Positions 10,253 to 20,153 of a stretch of DNA of 49,537 nt are shown one piece after another. The position numbers and the translations under genes were made by a program. The notes beneath the pieces are model-generated. The model saw only the letters and a list, made by a program, of their open reading frames with translations, was not told the DNA's origin and ran no database searches. Source of the DNA: Myxococcota bacterium (GTDB taxonomy: Bacteria; Myxococcota; SpSt-1050); assembly GCA_049969675.1 (NCBI GenBank), contig JBMFOP010000005.1, positions 7,184-56,720 of the forward strand, written 5' to 3'. How positions within the stretch are numbered: the first letter of the stretch is position 1; every line of letters begins with the position of its first letter.

Positions 10253-10309
10253 TTTGGCGTAGCCGAAACCAAAGGTTCTGAAAAATCTTCTCAAGCATTT
10301 TTCGTAGAA
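10253..10309. terminator. Double hairpin between convergent genes (possible bidirectional terminator/REP-like element)
   Basis: tttgg...ccaaa and ttct-gaaaaat...atttttc-gt-agaa stems between stops at 10247 and 10317. Confidence 0.35.
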
Positions 10310-10316
10310 GTTACGA

Positions 10317-11090
10317 TTAAAGAATTTGAAGTCCAATAAGTGCTGCACCGTAAGCGGCTGTAAGTTGCGGATACTCTGGCAAAAAGGGTTGAGTATCTAA
10401 TTCATTTCCAATCATCTCTCTTATCGCTGGGTTTAAAGAGACTCCACCAGAGAGTATTAACGGCGGTGCGAATCCGATGCCCTTTATCATAGATTTGATT
10501 CTTTTTACCAGCGAGAGATGAAGACCTTTCAGGATCTCACCTGAATCAATCCCCTGAGCAAGGAGTGATATTATCTCCGATTCTGCAAATACGGTGCAGG
10601 TGGATGATATACTCTGAAATCTCTCTGATTTGAGGGCAATCTCCCCAATTTTAGATATGTCAAGTCTGAATCTTGACGCCATATTCTCTAAAAACCTCCC
10701 GGTCCCAGCCGAACACTTATCATTCATAACAAAATCGAGTAGTTCTCCTTTATCACTGCATTTGATTACCTTTGAATCCAGTCCACCAATGTCCACAATG
10801 GTGCAACCCTGTTTAAATTCTTCATAGATTCCTTTTAGATGGCAGGTAATTTCAGTGTATCGGCTCTTTGCCTCTTTTACAAGTTCTTTACCATATCCGG
10901 TTGAGACAATTGCAAGGTTTTCATTTATGAAATTCTTGAGTTCACCACCCATAAGATTCTGAATCTGACCTGATATATCCGTCTCGGTAGGCATTACCTT
11001 TGAAAATAGAATCTCCTTACTGTTGTTTAATACAACAACCTTAATGGTTGTAGAGCCGATATCAATCCCTATTGAACCTTTTGCTTCCAT
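10317..11090 (-). CDS. 2-hydroxyacyl-CoA dehydratase activator (HgdC/HadI family ATPase)
   Basis: GIDIGSTT, TGYG, EITCH, DIGGLDSK, MNDKCSAGTGRFLE, STCTVFAESE motifs. Confidence 0.92.
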   Translation of the reverse strand: MEAKGSIGIDIGSTTIKVVVLNNSKEILFSKVMPTETDISGQIQNLMGGELKNFINENLAIVSTGYGKELVKEAKSRYTEITCHLKGIYEEFKQGCTIVDIGGLDSKVIKCSDKGELLDFVMNDKCSAGTGRFLENMASRFRLDISKIGEIALKSERFQSISSTCTVFAESEIISLLAQGIDSGEILKGLHLSLVKRIKSMIKGIGFAPPLILSGGVSLNPAIREMIGNELDTQPFLPEYPQLTAAYGAALIGLQIL

Positions 11091-12409
11091 CTCTGCCCCT
11101 TTATCTGTTCTATAAATGTCTCAAGCCGCATCCTTGCCTGATTGAGATTAAAATCCCTTGAATCTGCCTGATCTGCCTCAATCAGAAAGGCGGGTATCCC
11201 AACCTCTTTTATAATATGATTCCTCTGATCAATCTGTCCAAGTGAATAAGGCTTGCAGGAGCGATTTGAATGCAGAATAAGACCATCAATTTCAAGTTTT
11301 GTGATTAACCTTTTGAATGTCTCTAACTTTGAATATGTGCTCCTGTTTAGAAGAACCTGAAGGTAGATATTTGCTATTGAATCAAGCGGTCTGCTTAAAT
11401 CCATCAATGGAGCGAGTTCACCCCATGCATAACTGAATGTAGCGGCTATTATGTTTGTATTTGCCCTTGCAAGTAGTGTTGAAATCTCTCTCAACATAAA
11501 CCATATAGGGAGGTTGTCCCAGAGTAGTCTTATCTCTTCGTTCTTAATTGCACCGATATTATTTTGGATTCTGTATTCAATCTCTTTGAGTAATTTTCTA
11601 TAATAAATTACTGTGGATTTTTCACCTCTCAGATTTACGATTGGTCCCATATGTATAAATGTATCAAAGGCAGTGATGGGTGATGGGCGATGCCTTGCTG
11701 ACATAAGTACCTGTAGCCAGAGTGAAACTGCCTCTTTTGAGTATTTCATTACTTCTCTGAGTCTCTTCTCTTTTAACTCCTTCTTTGCAACATCTTCCAT
11801 AATTGAGATTGATTGATTGAGCTGTCTCTTTACATATTCTATCTGATGGGGCTGGACTTTATCATATACAAATGGCGTATCAATAACTATAATAGGTATC
11901 CTGTAAATATCTGCAATTACCCTGTACCAGTATAGAACTGTCTGACAGATATTGTTGCAGGTAAGAATTATATCGGGCTTCGGAATCTTGGCAATGGGGT
12001 CTTTATTCTTCAATATACTACCCAAATTTATCTTTACATAACTACATATATCCTGTGAGTATGAAAAGTCTTCGCTGTCTTCAATCAACTCCGTTGAGAT
12101 CCTGCGCGCCCCACATAGTGCCGCATGATTTTCTGGATAAAATAGGTGATAGTCAAGTGCAAGTAAAAATTCAACAGGTGCACCTGATGTGACCCATGCC
12201 ACCTTCTTTGGGGTATATGCCCCATTTAGATAGTGAAGACTCATCAACTCCTTCATTTCAGAGGTAGAGATGATAGGTGGTCCAGATATAGCATCCTTCT
12301 TACTCCTCTGTCTTTTGATTAATTTTCTTCTCTCCAAAATTTTATTTATCTTCAAAAATATCTTACCGACAAGCAGGGCATAAACTATATATTTAAGCCT
12401 TTTTATCAT
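11069..12409 (-). CDS. 2-hydroxyacyl-CoA dehydratase alpha-type subunit (HgdA/HadB/BcrB family)
   Basis: PENHAA, DICSY, NNICQ, HSNRSCKPYS, EADQAD motifs; adjacent activator. Confidence 0.85.
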   Translation of the reverse strand: MIKRLKYIVYALLVGKIFLKINKILERRKLIKRQRSKKDAISGPPIISTSEMKELMSLHYLNGAYTPKKVAWVTSGAPVEFLLALDYHLFYPENHAALCGARRISTELIEDSEDFSYSQDICSYVKINLGSILKNKDPIAKIPKPDIILTCNNICQTVLYWYRVIADIYRIPIIVIDTPFVYDKVQPHQIEYVKRQLNQSISIMEDVAKKELKEKRLREVMKYSKEAVSLWLQVLMSARHRPSPITAFDTFIHMGPIVNLRGEKSTVIYYRKLLKEIEYRIQNNIGAIKNEEIRLLWDNLPIWFMLREISTLLARANTNIIAATFSYAWGELAPLMDLSRPLDSIANIYLQVLLNRSTYSKLETFKRLITKLEIDGLILHSNRSCKPYSLGQIDQRNHIIKEVGIPAFLIEADQADSRDFNLNQARMRLETFIEQIKGQRWKQKVQ

Positions 12410-13491
12410 CTAAGCCCTTCTAAAAAGGATTGAATCCTGTTTATGTTCTGTTTGGAAATCTTTGAGGACATCTCATATTCAATCAAAAAGGTCCGTATCC
12501 CTTCAGCAGATAGATAGTTTCTGAGTTGTGGGTAATCAAAGAACTCGGGCTCACAAAATTTCATTATAAAGAAGAGTCCTCCAGTCGCTCCACACCTCTT
12601 TGCCTCTTGAATCAATCTCTCTGCCCTCTTTATAATTTGTGAGCCTTTTTCAGGGTCGGGGGAGGTGGTGAGCATTATCTCTGATTGCATTTTTAATAGG
12701 TCTTCAGAAATCTCAATGTCTCCAAATAACCTTCTCTGTGATATGGCGAGGTCGTCAAATACCACAACACTATTGTGGGAGTTGATGATATTAAATATTT
12801 CTGGCGGTTCAATAGAGATACCCGATACAAATATCTTTCTTTGAACCTTTCTTACATTACTGTTTGTATTTTTGAGGAGATTTTTCAGAAGCAGAGTGAA
12901 TTCATCTATAGGGAGATATGTCCTTGCATAGATAAGTTGGTAAAATTCATAGTCTGAAATTGGGAGATATTCTCTCTGTAGATATACTCTTTTAAGCAGA
13001 TGATTCAATTCAATCTCTTTGTCAAGTTCTGATTTGAACCTTTCTGGATTAAATGGAAGAGATGTAACCTCTTCAAGGAATTTAATCCCCCTTTTGAGCT
13101 CATCTTTGCAGAAGTCAATACCTATCTTATCATCTCTCTTTGGCAGGTAAAAGTTAAAGACTGATGCTCTCGGTTTTATAAAGTCAACAATCAATGAACC
13201 TATCTGTTGAAATGTATCGCATATATGCGGAATCCATATCAGGTCGTAGTCATTTTCAAATCTCTTATCAGTTACAAATGATAGTAAGACCCTGCCTATG
13301 GAGCAGGTATAACTCTGAATATGTGCATCGGCGAGAGATAGTTCTACATTATCTGCATTCCATATCTCAATGGGTTGAATATTAAAAGACCTGAGCAGTG
13401 CGGATGGGTAATAAATTGGAAATACAAGGGCAATCTTCTTCTTCTCCTCTCTTGCTCTATTAATTACCTCTCTTCTTGATAAAATCTGCAT
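12406..13491 (-). CDS. 2-hydroxyacyl-CoA dehydratase beta-type subunit (HgdB/HadC/BcrC family)
   Basis: SYTCSI, PHICD, KFCEPEFFDYP, RIQSFLE motifs. Confidence 0.85.
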   Translation of the reverse strand: MQILSRREVINRAREEKKKIALVFPIYYPSALLRSFNIQPIEIWNADNVELSLADAHIQSYTCSIGRVLLSFVTDKRFENDYDLIWIPHICDTFQQIGSLIVDFIKPRASVFNFYLPKRDDKIGIDFCKDELKRGIKFLEEVTSLPFNPERFKSELDKEIELNHLLKRVYLQREYLPISDYEFYQLIYARTYLPIDEFTLLLKNLLKNTNSNVRKVQRKIFVSGISIEPPEIFNIINSHNSVVVFDDLAISQRRLFGDIEISEDLLKMQSEIMLTTSPDPEKGSQIIKRAERLIQEAKRCGATGGLFFIMKFCEPEFFDYPQLRNYLSAEGIRTFLIEYEMSSKISKQNINRIQSFLEGLR

Positions 13492-13632
13492 ATACTCCTA
13501 TATATCACAAAATACTTCAATATAGCAATAAGGAATTTCTCTTTTATCAATCTGAAGAGGGATAAGGATTTTTTTAACCATAATATTATTTAATTCACCT
13601 AATCAATTTTTTATGTTAAATGTAGTTGCGTT

Positions 13633-14580
13633 ATGCAACGTATTAGGGATAAAAGATTTTTGATAACTGGAGTGAGCAGATTCCCTGCAAATAAGATAGT
13701 AAAGTTTCTCTGCACTCAGAGAATTAATGTGGTTGGATTGGATATAAGGTTCCCCACATATCATCCCCCCAATATGAAATTTTATGAGACAGACCACTAT
13801 TTCTCAAACATACAGAACATAGTGAAGAACGAATCCATTGATGTTGTCATACACCTGATGTTTGATTATGATATATATTCAGATATCCATCCATATAACA
13901 GGAATAACTTCATCAGATTTGAGAGATTATTGAGACTTTACAGGGAAGGTCTGATAAGGCAGTTATTTATATTCTCTTCCATATTTGTCTATGGAGTTAA
14001 TTTTTCAAACGATAATAGATTTATAGAGGAAGATACATTGCTTGCAAGTTCGAATATTGCATATCTGAATGATATGATTGTAATAGATAGATATATACAA
14101 AATTTCCTGGTGGGCAATGATTATAAAGGGTTATTTGTGTTTAGAATTGCACCATTATACCATGACTTTTCTGAGGAGATATTAATAAGATTCTTCAAGA
14201 AGACACCCGTTTTATTTTCAATCTCAAAGAGGGACCCATCATTTCAATTTTTATATATCAATGACCTTGCAAATTACATAATTAATGCAACTATCTCTGG
14301 CAAAGGAGGAATCTTTAATATTGCGACAGCCGATTCTATAAGACTTAGCGAGATTGCAAAGCTCTTAAATAAACTTCTCGTTTATGTCCCTGAGGGTCTT
14401 TTAAGGGGGATCTTTGGTACATATAGATGGATTTCACAGTCAGATATATATAACTCTGAGCTTCTGGATATACTTTCATTCCCCTGCCCTGTATCTATTG
14501 ATAAAGCAAGGTCTATTCTTGGATATGAGCCCGAATATGGCTGTAAAGAAATAGTTGAAAATATAACATTTTTTGATTAA
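13633..14580 (+). CDS. NAD-dependent epimerase/dehydratase (extended SDR)-like protein with degenerate motifs
   Basis: FLITG, VIHL, FSSIFVYG, FLYINDLA, GIFNIA, KARSILGYEP. The Gly-rich loop reads GVSRFPA and no YxxxK is present. Confidence 0.7.
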   Translation: MQRIRDKRFLITGVSRFPANKIVKFLCTQRINVVGLDIRFPTYHPPNMKFYETDHYFSNIQNIVKNESIDVVIHLMFDYDIYSDIHPYNRNNFIRFERLLRLYREGLIRQLFIFSSIFVYGVNFSNDNRFIEEDTLLASSNIAYLNDMIVIDRYIQNFLVGNDYKGLFVFRIAPLYHDFSEEILIRFFKKTPVLFSISKRDPSFQFLYINDLANYIINATISGKGGIFNIATADSIRLSEIAKLLNKLLVYVPEGLLRGIFGTYRWISQSDIYNSELLDILSFPCPVSIDKARSILGYEPEYGCKEIVENITFFD

Positions 14581-14592
14581 GGAGTATTGCGT

Positions 14593-15252
14593 ATGCGTAA
14601 TGTAATACCTTTAATGCTTTTTTTAATCCTTATATTAGCCTGTCAGAAAACTGAAGACAGTGAAGAACTTTTTAATAAGGCAGAAGGGTTTATAAATCTC
14701 CATATGTATAAAGAGGCGCTTGATATCTATATTGAACTCAAGAACCGTGATTACAAAACTGACATTGTAGAACAGAGAATAAAATATGTCTCCACTAAGA
14801 TTGCTGAAGAGAAGTTAAAGGCTGAGATCAGGAAGGCTGATGTCCCTATTGTGAAAGAGGAAGATAAAAAACAGGGCACCATATCTACTACAAATACTCA
14901 GGTATTTAAGGTCTCAAGGTGTGACAGCAGTTACAATGAGAGGATTGAGGCTGTAAAGAATGAGATGAAACCGTATCAGGATGAACTAAATGAGATAGAG
15001 AAGAAACTCTCAAAGATTACATCGGAGTATAAGGTTGTAAATGTAGATGGTGGATATAACTTCGCAGTCCCCGCAGATACACCCAAAGAGAAACAGAAGG
15101 AGATTGCAGAGGGTCCTGCAAGGGAGTTTGGGACATTAAATGCAAGAAAGAATGAACTGCTTGAAAAGATTAATAAATTCAATAGTGATATAGCAAAAAT
15201 CATTGAGGAATCAAAGAAGGCAGGGCTCCCCTCAGATTGTATAAAGAGATGA
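14593..15252 (+). CDS. Lipoprotein with TPR-like N-terminus and coiled coil
   Basis: ILAC lipobox; helical, K/E-rich. Confidence 0.6.
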   Translation: MRNVIPLMLFLILILACQKTEDSEELFNKAEGFINLHMYKEALDIYIELKNRDYKTDIVEQRIKYVSTKIAEEKLKAEIRKADVPIVKEEDKKQGTISTTNTQVFKVSRCDSSYNERIEAVKNEMKPYQDELNEIEKKLSKITSEYKVVNVDGGYNFAVPADTPKEKQKEIAEGPAREFGTLNARKNELLEKINKFNSDIAKIIEESKKAGLPSDCIKR

Positions 15253-16046
15253 AGAAGATTCTACCATATATACTCAGATATTTACCTCGAAGATCTATAT
15301 CTCATTTAATAGGAAATATCTCTGAATTCGGAAATGAACAATTTCAGAAAAGACTGATTAACTGGTTTATTAAGAGGCACAATGTAAATATAGAGGAGAT
15401 TCAATACCCCGTTGAACATTACAGGACTCTAAAGGAATTCTTTATTAGAGAGTTGAAGCCAGATGCAAGAGATATATCTAATAGCGAGATGGTCTCACCG
15501 GTGGATGGGGTAATGACAGAGTGTGGTGCAATCTCGGATAGGTGTCTTAAATGCAAGGGGGAGTTATTATCAATCAATGAACTTATAAATGATGATGAAT
15601 TTGTTTCATCACTGACCGATGGGTATTATACAATACATTATCTGAGTCCGAAGGATTATCACTGGATACATTCACCTGTGGATGGAGAGATATATAAAAT
15701 TGTCAGACTAAAAGGAGACCTATATCCAGTATTTGATGAGATGGTTTGTAGAAAGAGGGATATACTTGTCATCAACGAGAGACTTAATTTCTTTATTAGA
15801 AATGATAAATTCAAGGTCTGTTTATCTGCGATTGCAGCGATGGGAGTTGGGAATATTATCCCTTCTAATAATATTTTATTGCACAATTCTCTGGATGGAA
15901 GAGTTCAAAATCCAATAAAGATAAAGAAGGGCGAGAAGCTGGCTGTCTTTGCACTTGGCTCTACTGTTGTCCTTGTATTTGATAAATTGAGACCAAATCC
16001 TTCACTTAAACTGAAGTACTTAAAACTTGGGACCTCTTTGATTTAG
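15249..16046 (+). CDS. psd: Phosphatidylserine decarboxylase proenzyme
   Basis: FFIRELK, SPVDG, YLSPKDYHWIHSPVDG, NER and LGST self-cleavage motif; ATGA overlap. Confidence 0.9.
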   Translation: MKKILPYILRYLPRRSISHLIGNISEFGNEQFQKRLINWFIKRHNVNIEEIQYPVEHYRTLKEFFIRELKPDARDISNSEMVSPVDGVMTECGAISDRCLKCKGELLSINELINDDEFVSSLTDGYYTIHYLSPKDYHWIHSPVDGEIYKIVRLKGDLYPVFDEMVCRKRDILVINERLNFFIRNDKFKVCLSAIAAMGVGNIIPSNNILLHNSLDGRVQNPIKIKKGEKLAVFALGSTVVLVFDKLRPNPSLKLKYLKLGTSLI

Positions 16047-16048
16047 AT

Positions 16049-17497
16049 ATGAATCTGATTCGTCTGGATGAATATAGACTGATGCTTCCAAAGGAAGGGG
16101 GGATGGTGACTGATGCTTATATTTATGCAACCGAAAAAATTAAGATTGAACCTGAAGCAATCAAACAACTATATAATACAGCCTCTGTCCCACCTGTTAG
16201 AAGGGTACTCTGCACTCCCGATATTCATATAGGTTTTGGAGTTCCTATAGGGACGGTTGTGGGTATTGAGACCGCCGTTATCCCATCTGCTGTTGGCTAT
16301 GATATCAATTGTGGAATGAGTATGCTCTCAACAGGTTTGAGATATGATGAGATTGTTGTTGATAAACTTGCCCACCATATTCATAATTATATCCCACTCG
16401 GGGAAGGGAAGAGTAATATCTCCTTTAAGGGTGGTGATTTAAAATCAATTTTGAGATTGGGAGTAAAAGGATTATATGAGATAGTATCGGGTAAATCCTT
16501 TAAGAAGAATTATCCAGAGATTTATAGGCTGTTTGAAGATATTTCTTATGAGTCTATTGGTGAGCGAATTGAAGATAGGGGGGGTATAGACACTACTATT
16601 GATTCAGTCCCACAGAAGGCAATGGAGAGGGGACATAATCAGTTTGCAACACTGGGAGGTGGGAACCATTTTATAGAGATCCAGAGAGTTATATCTGTAA
16701 ATGACCATTCAATTGCCAGTAGATGGGGAATATTTGAGGATGAGTTGACCATTATGATTCACAGCGGGTCAAGAGGTTTTGGGCACGAGATAGGTGACAA
16801 CTATATGAGGCTGGCATCTGTATATGACAGGAGGAAAAATCTATTTACCCCAAATAACAATCTTGCCTATTTTCATATAGAAGATAAAGAGGGGATTGAC
16901 TATATCAATGCAATGAATGCCGCTGCTAACTTTGCTTATGTGAACAGGCATCTGATGTTCTTGATTATAAGAGATATTCTTTACAGAACTTTAAAAAAAG
17001 CCAGAATAAATCTTATTTACGATGTACCTCACAATATTGCAAAATACGAAAATATTGATGATAGACGATATCTTGTACATAGAAAAGGTGCCACAAGGGC
17101 ATATCCACCCACTATGATGAAAAATACAATATTTGCTGATACCGGACAGCCTGTCCTTATACCGGGTTCAATGGGGACAAAATCTTATTTGCTGGTGGGG
17201 ACAGAGAAATCGGTTGAGACTCTCTACTCGGTAAATCACGGTGCTGGAAGGGTTATGAGCCGAACCGCTGCATCGGGGAAGGGATGGAGAGGAAAGTTTA
17301 CTCAGTCCTTAATATCCGACGATGAATTTAAGCGTTCAATGGAGAATATCTATTTAATCTGTGAAGATAAAGCAACAATCAAAGAGGAGGCACCCGCGGC
17401 ATATAAAGATATTGAGGAAGTAATAAATGTCGTAACAGGGGCTGGAATTGCAAAAGTTATAGCAATTATGCAACCAATTGCGGTACTGAAAGGTTGA
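16049..17497 (+). CDS. rtcB: RNA-splicing ligase RtcB
   Basis: PDIH, VGYDINCG, TLGGGNHF, HSGSRG, HRKGAT, PGSMG, HGAGR, EEAPAAYK motifs. Confidence 0.96.
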   Translation: MNLIRLDEYRLMLPKEGGMVTDAYIYATEKIKIEPEAIKQLYNTASVPPVRRVLCTPDIHIGFGVPIGTVVGIETAVIPSAVGYDINCGMSMLSTGLRYDEIVVDKLAHHIHNYIPLGEGKSNISFKGGDLKSILRLGVKGLYEIVSGKSFKKNYPEIYRLFEDISYESIGERIEDRGGIDTTIDSVPQKAMERGHNQFATLGGGNHFIEIQRVISVNDHSIASRWGIFEDELTIMIHSGSRGFGHEIGDNYMRLASVYDRRKNLFTPNNNLAYFHIEDKEGIDYINAMNAAANFAYVNRHLMFLIIRDILYRTLKKARINLIYDVPHNIAKYENIDDRRYLVHRKGATRAYPPTMMKNTIFADTGQPVLIPGSMGTKSYLLVGTEKSVETLYSVNHGAGRVMSRTAASGKGWRGKFTQSLISDDEFKRSMENIYLICEDKATIKEEAPAAYKDIEEVINVVTGAGIAKVIAIMQPIAVLKG

Positions 17498-17503
17498 TTT
17501 TTT

Positions 17504-17532
17504 TTGACATAACATCTCTTAAAATATATAAG
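17504..17532 (+). promoter_or_regulatory. Sigma70-like promoter for the fadL-like gene
   Basis: TTGACA(17504)-N17-TATAAG(17527). Confidence 0.5.
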
Positions 17533-17556
17533 GAGTTTGCCTTTTGGGAGGAATTT

Positions 17557-18852
17557 ATGGGAAGTAAACTTAATGTCTTGATATATATTATGCTCCCGGC
17601 ATCGCTCTTTGCCTCGGGTTCGGATATAATTGGATTTGGTGCGAGAAATATTGCTATGGGAAATACCGGTGCATCATCCAGTATTGATTCTTCCGCCGTC
17701 TTTTATAATGCAGCATTACTTACTGAGACGGATAATCATATTATGCTCGGAACCACACTCACAGATATGTATATAGATATTGTCCCATTCAATGGTAGTA
17801 CAGGAGATAAATATGATGGCATAACCAATATGTATGGATTATATATAAGTGGAAAGCACAATTTGAAATTTAATAGATTTGCCTTTGGATTCGGGATATA
17901 TCTCCCAACGAACAGAATTCATCTTGAAAAGAGCTACTTCCCTGATGAAAGAGAGAGATATTTTTCAAATAAGATACATCCCGAACTATATGGGACCAGG
18001 TCGGAGGGCGAATCAATATATCTGGCTGGGGCATACAGGATATTTACTAATTTTAGCATCGGTGTTGGTGTTATTTCCAAGATCAATTCAAATGCCCCAT
18101 CCTATCAATATCTGCCCTCAATTAGTATGACAGATGAGATGTATCTCAATCTCGCAGGAGAAGAGAAGACAAAATTATTCCCGATTGTAGGACTATATTA
18201 TAGCCCATTTAAATCTCTTAATATAGGGTTATCATATCGTTCTGAGACAGAATTTAAGATAGTATCCAGGTCTTATACAGAGGTCAAAGGTCTTACAAAG
18301 CCGGGTGAGCCTGAAGTGTCAGAAAATGTCTTTGTCTTTCAATACACTCCAGCTGAATATACTGGTTCACTATCATATAAAATAGATGATTGGCTCTTTG
18401 CTGGTGATGTTGTCTATGAAAGATATTCCGATTACAGAGATTCTCATAATCAAAGACCTGAACCACCATTTGATGATATTATCTCTGTGCATTTAGGGAC
18501 AGAATATAAACTCAAGGATTTTTTGCTCTTAAGAGGTGGATATTCTTATCATCCGACTCCGGTTCACGGTCAGAATGGCAGGACAAACTATGCTGATACA
18601 GATGTACATTATTTGAGTCTTGGTGGAGGATTAATCTGGAACTATGAGGGATGGCGACTGCATCTTGATGCATATTTACAGGCATTGTTTTTTGAGAAGA
18701 GAGAGAATAAAAAGAGTGAAGATGCCCAGTACCCTGTAATTGATGAGGATAAATATACGGATGGACTTCAGAGCAGGAATCCGGGTTATCCCGGTTTTAC
18801 TATGTCTGGTTTTGGCTATGGTGGAGGTATCTCTTTTAGTATTTTTTATTAA
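17557..18852 (+). CDS. OmpP1/FadL-family outer-membrane transporter
   Basis: GARNIAMG...SAVFYNAA hatch motif, LRGGY strand, C-terminal aromatic residue; GGAGG before ATG 17557. Confidence 0.8.
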   Translation: MGSKLNVLIYIMLPASLFASGSDIIGFGARNIAMGNTGASSSIDSSAVFYNAALLTETDNHIMLGTTLTDMYIDIVPFNGSTGDKYDGITNMYGLYISGKHNLKFNRFAFGFGIYLPTNRIHLEKSYFPDERERYFSNKIHPELYGTRSEGESIYLAGAYRIFTNFSIGVGVISKINSNAPSYQYLPSISMTDEMYLNLAGEEKTKLFPIVGLYYSPFKSLNIGLSYRSETEFKIVSRSYTEVKGLTKPGEPEVSENVFVFQYTPAEYTGSLSYKIDDWLFAGDVVYERYSDYRDSHNQRPEPPFDDIISVHLGTEYKLKDFLLLRGGYSYHPTPVHGQNGRTNYADTDVHYLSLGGGLIWNYEGWRLHLDAYLQALFFEKRENKKSEDAQYPVIDEDKYTDGLQSRNPGYPGFTMSGFGYGGGISFSIFY

Positions 18853-18864
18853 CAGGAGGAGGCC

Positions 18865-19461
18865 GTGAAGAATATCTTTAAGATTGTAACTCTTTCAGGT
18901 GGAGATAGGATAGAGATAAAAAGTTTTAATAGAGAGGATAAAAAGGAGTTGATATCCTTTCTGTCAGAGCAGAATTTATATGAAAGGGTATTCTTCTGGA
19001 TGCATATAGAACCTGAGGAGATATTTGAAGAGTTTGAGAGGCTACTTGAGAAAGGGAATAATATAATCGTTGCCTTTAATAAAGGTAGAGTGGCTGGAAT
19101 CGGTTTTTCAAAAAAATATGATGAATTTTATTTAAGGCATATGGAGAGATATTATCTCTGCATAGATAAGGGCTTCTGGGGTAGTGGACTTGTAAAGGAG
19201 ATTCTTGCTGAACTTGTATATCTAAGCCTTGAAGATGGTAAAGAGCGTGTAGTGGTAGAACTACTCCCGGAGATGAAAGAACATAGAAGAGAGATTGAAC
19301 TACTTGAATTTGAACAGATTACTATCCTTCCAGAATTCTTTATGGATAATAATGGTGTAAGGAGAGATATCCTTCTATTTGCAAATAATCTGGGAAATCT
19401 CTGGAAAGGCTTTGAAGAGGGTATGGACCTTGAATTTAAGCCACGCCCTATGGAAGATTGA
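18865..19461 (+). CDS. GNAT-family acetyltransferase-like protein
   Basis: IDKGFWGSGL motif A variant; GTG start after AGGAGG. Confidence 0.65.
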   Translation: MKNIFKIVTLSGGDRIEIKSFNREDKKELISFLSEQNLYERVFFWMHIEPEEIFEEFERLLEKGNNIIVAFNKGRVAGIGFSKKYDEFYLRHMERYYLCIDKGFWGSGLVKEILAELVYLSLEDGKERVVVELLPEMKEHRREIELLEFEQITILPEFFMDNNGVRRDILLFANNLGNLWKGFEEGMDLEFKPRPMED

Positions 19462-20153
19462 TGATAGAGAGTCCTTTGATAGAGGATATAGCCCCGTTTT
19501 TTGATGAGAATGAATTATACAAATATCTTCAAATAAAGAGGGTGGAGAAGATTCCTCAGGATATATTACAGAGAATAGAGGGATATAAAAAAGAGGCTAT
19601 TGGACTATTAGAACCTATAGCAGTCATAAAAGAATTTACTGATTTTGAGTTAGTAGATGGTGGCATCAAAATAGATGATTATGTAATCAATTCTAATATA
19701 TTATCAAAGATATCTCAAAAGGCAAAGTCTGTTTATATCTTTATTCTGACAATTGGTAATAAATTGGAGAGCAGGGTAAAAGAGTATTTTGATTCGGGTT
19801 CATTATTTGCGGCTTATGTAGTTGATGCACTGGGTTCCGTTTATGTTGAGGCAGTGGCAGAGTTTATTATGAAAAAGATTGAGATTAATATATCAAGGGA
19901 TGGATTTTTGCTCACAGCAAGATATTCACCGGGCTATTGTGATATCAATATCTTGAATCAGAGGAATTTATTTAATTTATTAAAAACAGAAAATACAATT
20001 GTCTCATTAAATGAATCTTCTCAGATGTCTCCAGAGAAGAGCATCTCCGGTATATTTTTTAAGATGCCTGAAGACATCGCTGCAGAGTATAAGAAATACT
20101 TTTTATTCTGCTCTGAATGTACCACAAAAGAATGCAGATATTTTAAGAGATGA
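19458..20153 (+). CDS. Stand-alone B12-dependent methionine synthase activation-domain protein
   Basis: TIG...DALGS..VE, RYSPGYCD, MSPEKSISG; C-terminal CxxCxxxxC. Confidence 0.8.
   Translation: MMIESPLIEDIAPFFDENELYKYLQIKRVEKIPQDILQRIEGYKKEAIGLLEPIAVIKEFTDFELVDGGIKIDDYVINSNILSKISQKAKSVYIFILTIGNKLESRVKEYFDSGSLFAAYVVDALGSVYVEAVAEFIMKKIEINISRDGFLLTARYSPGYCDINILNQRNLFNLLKTENTIVSLNESSQMSPEKSISGIFFKMPEDIAAEYKKYFLFCSECTTKECRYFKR

Noticed and set aside
10317..13491. Class I benzoyl-CoA reductase or plasmalogen synthase PlsAR
   Set aside because: Only one stand-alone activator is present, not the two ATPase subunits of Bcr or the large multidomain PlsA fusion.
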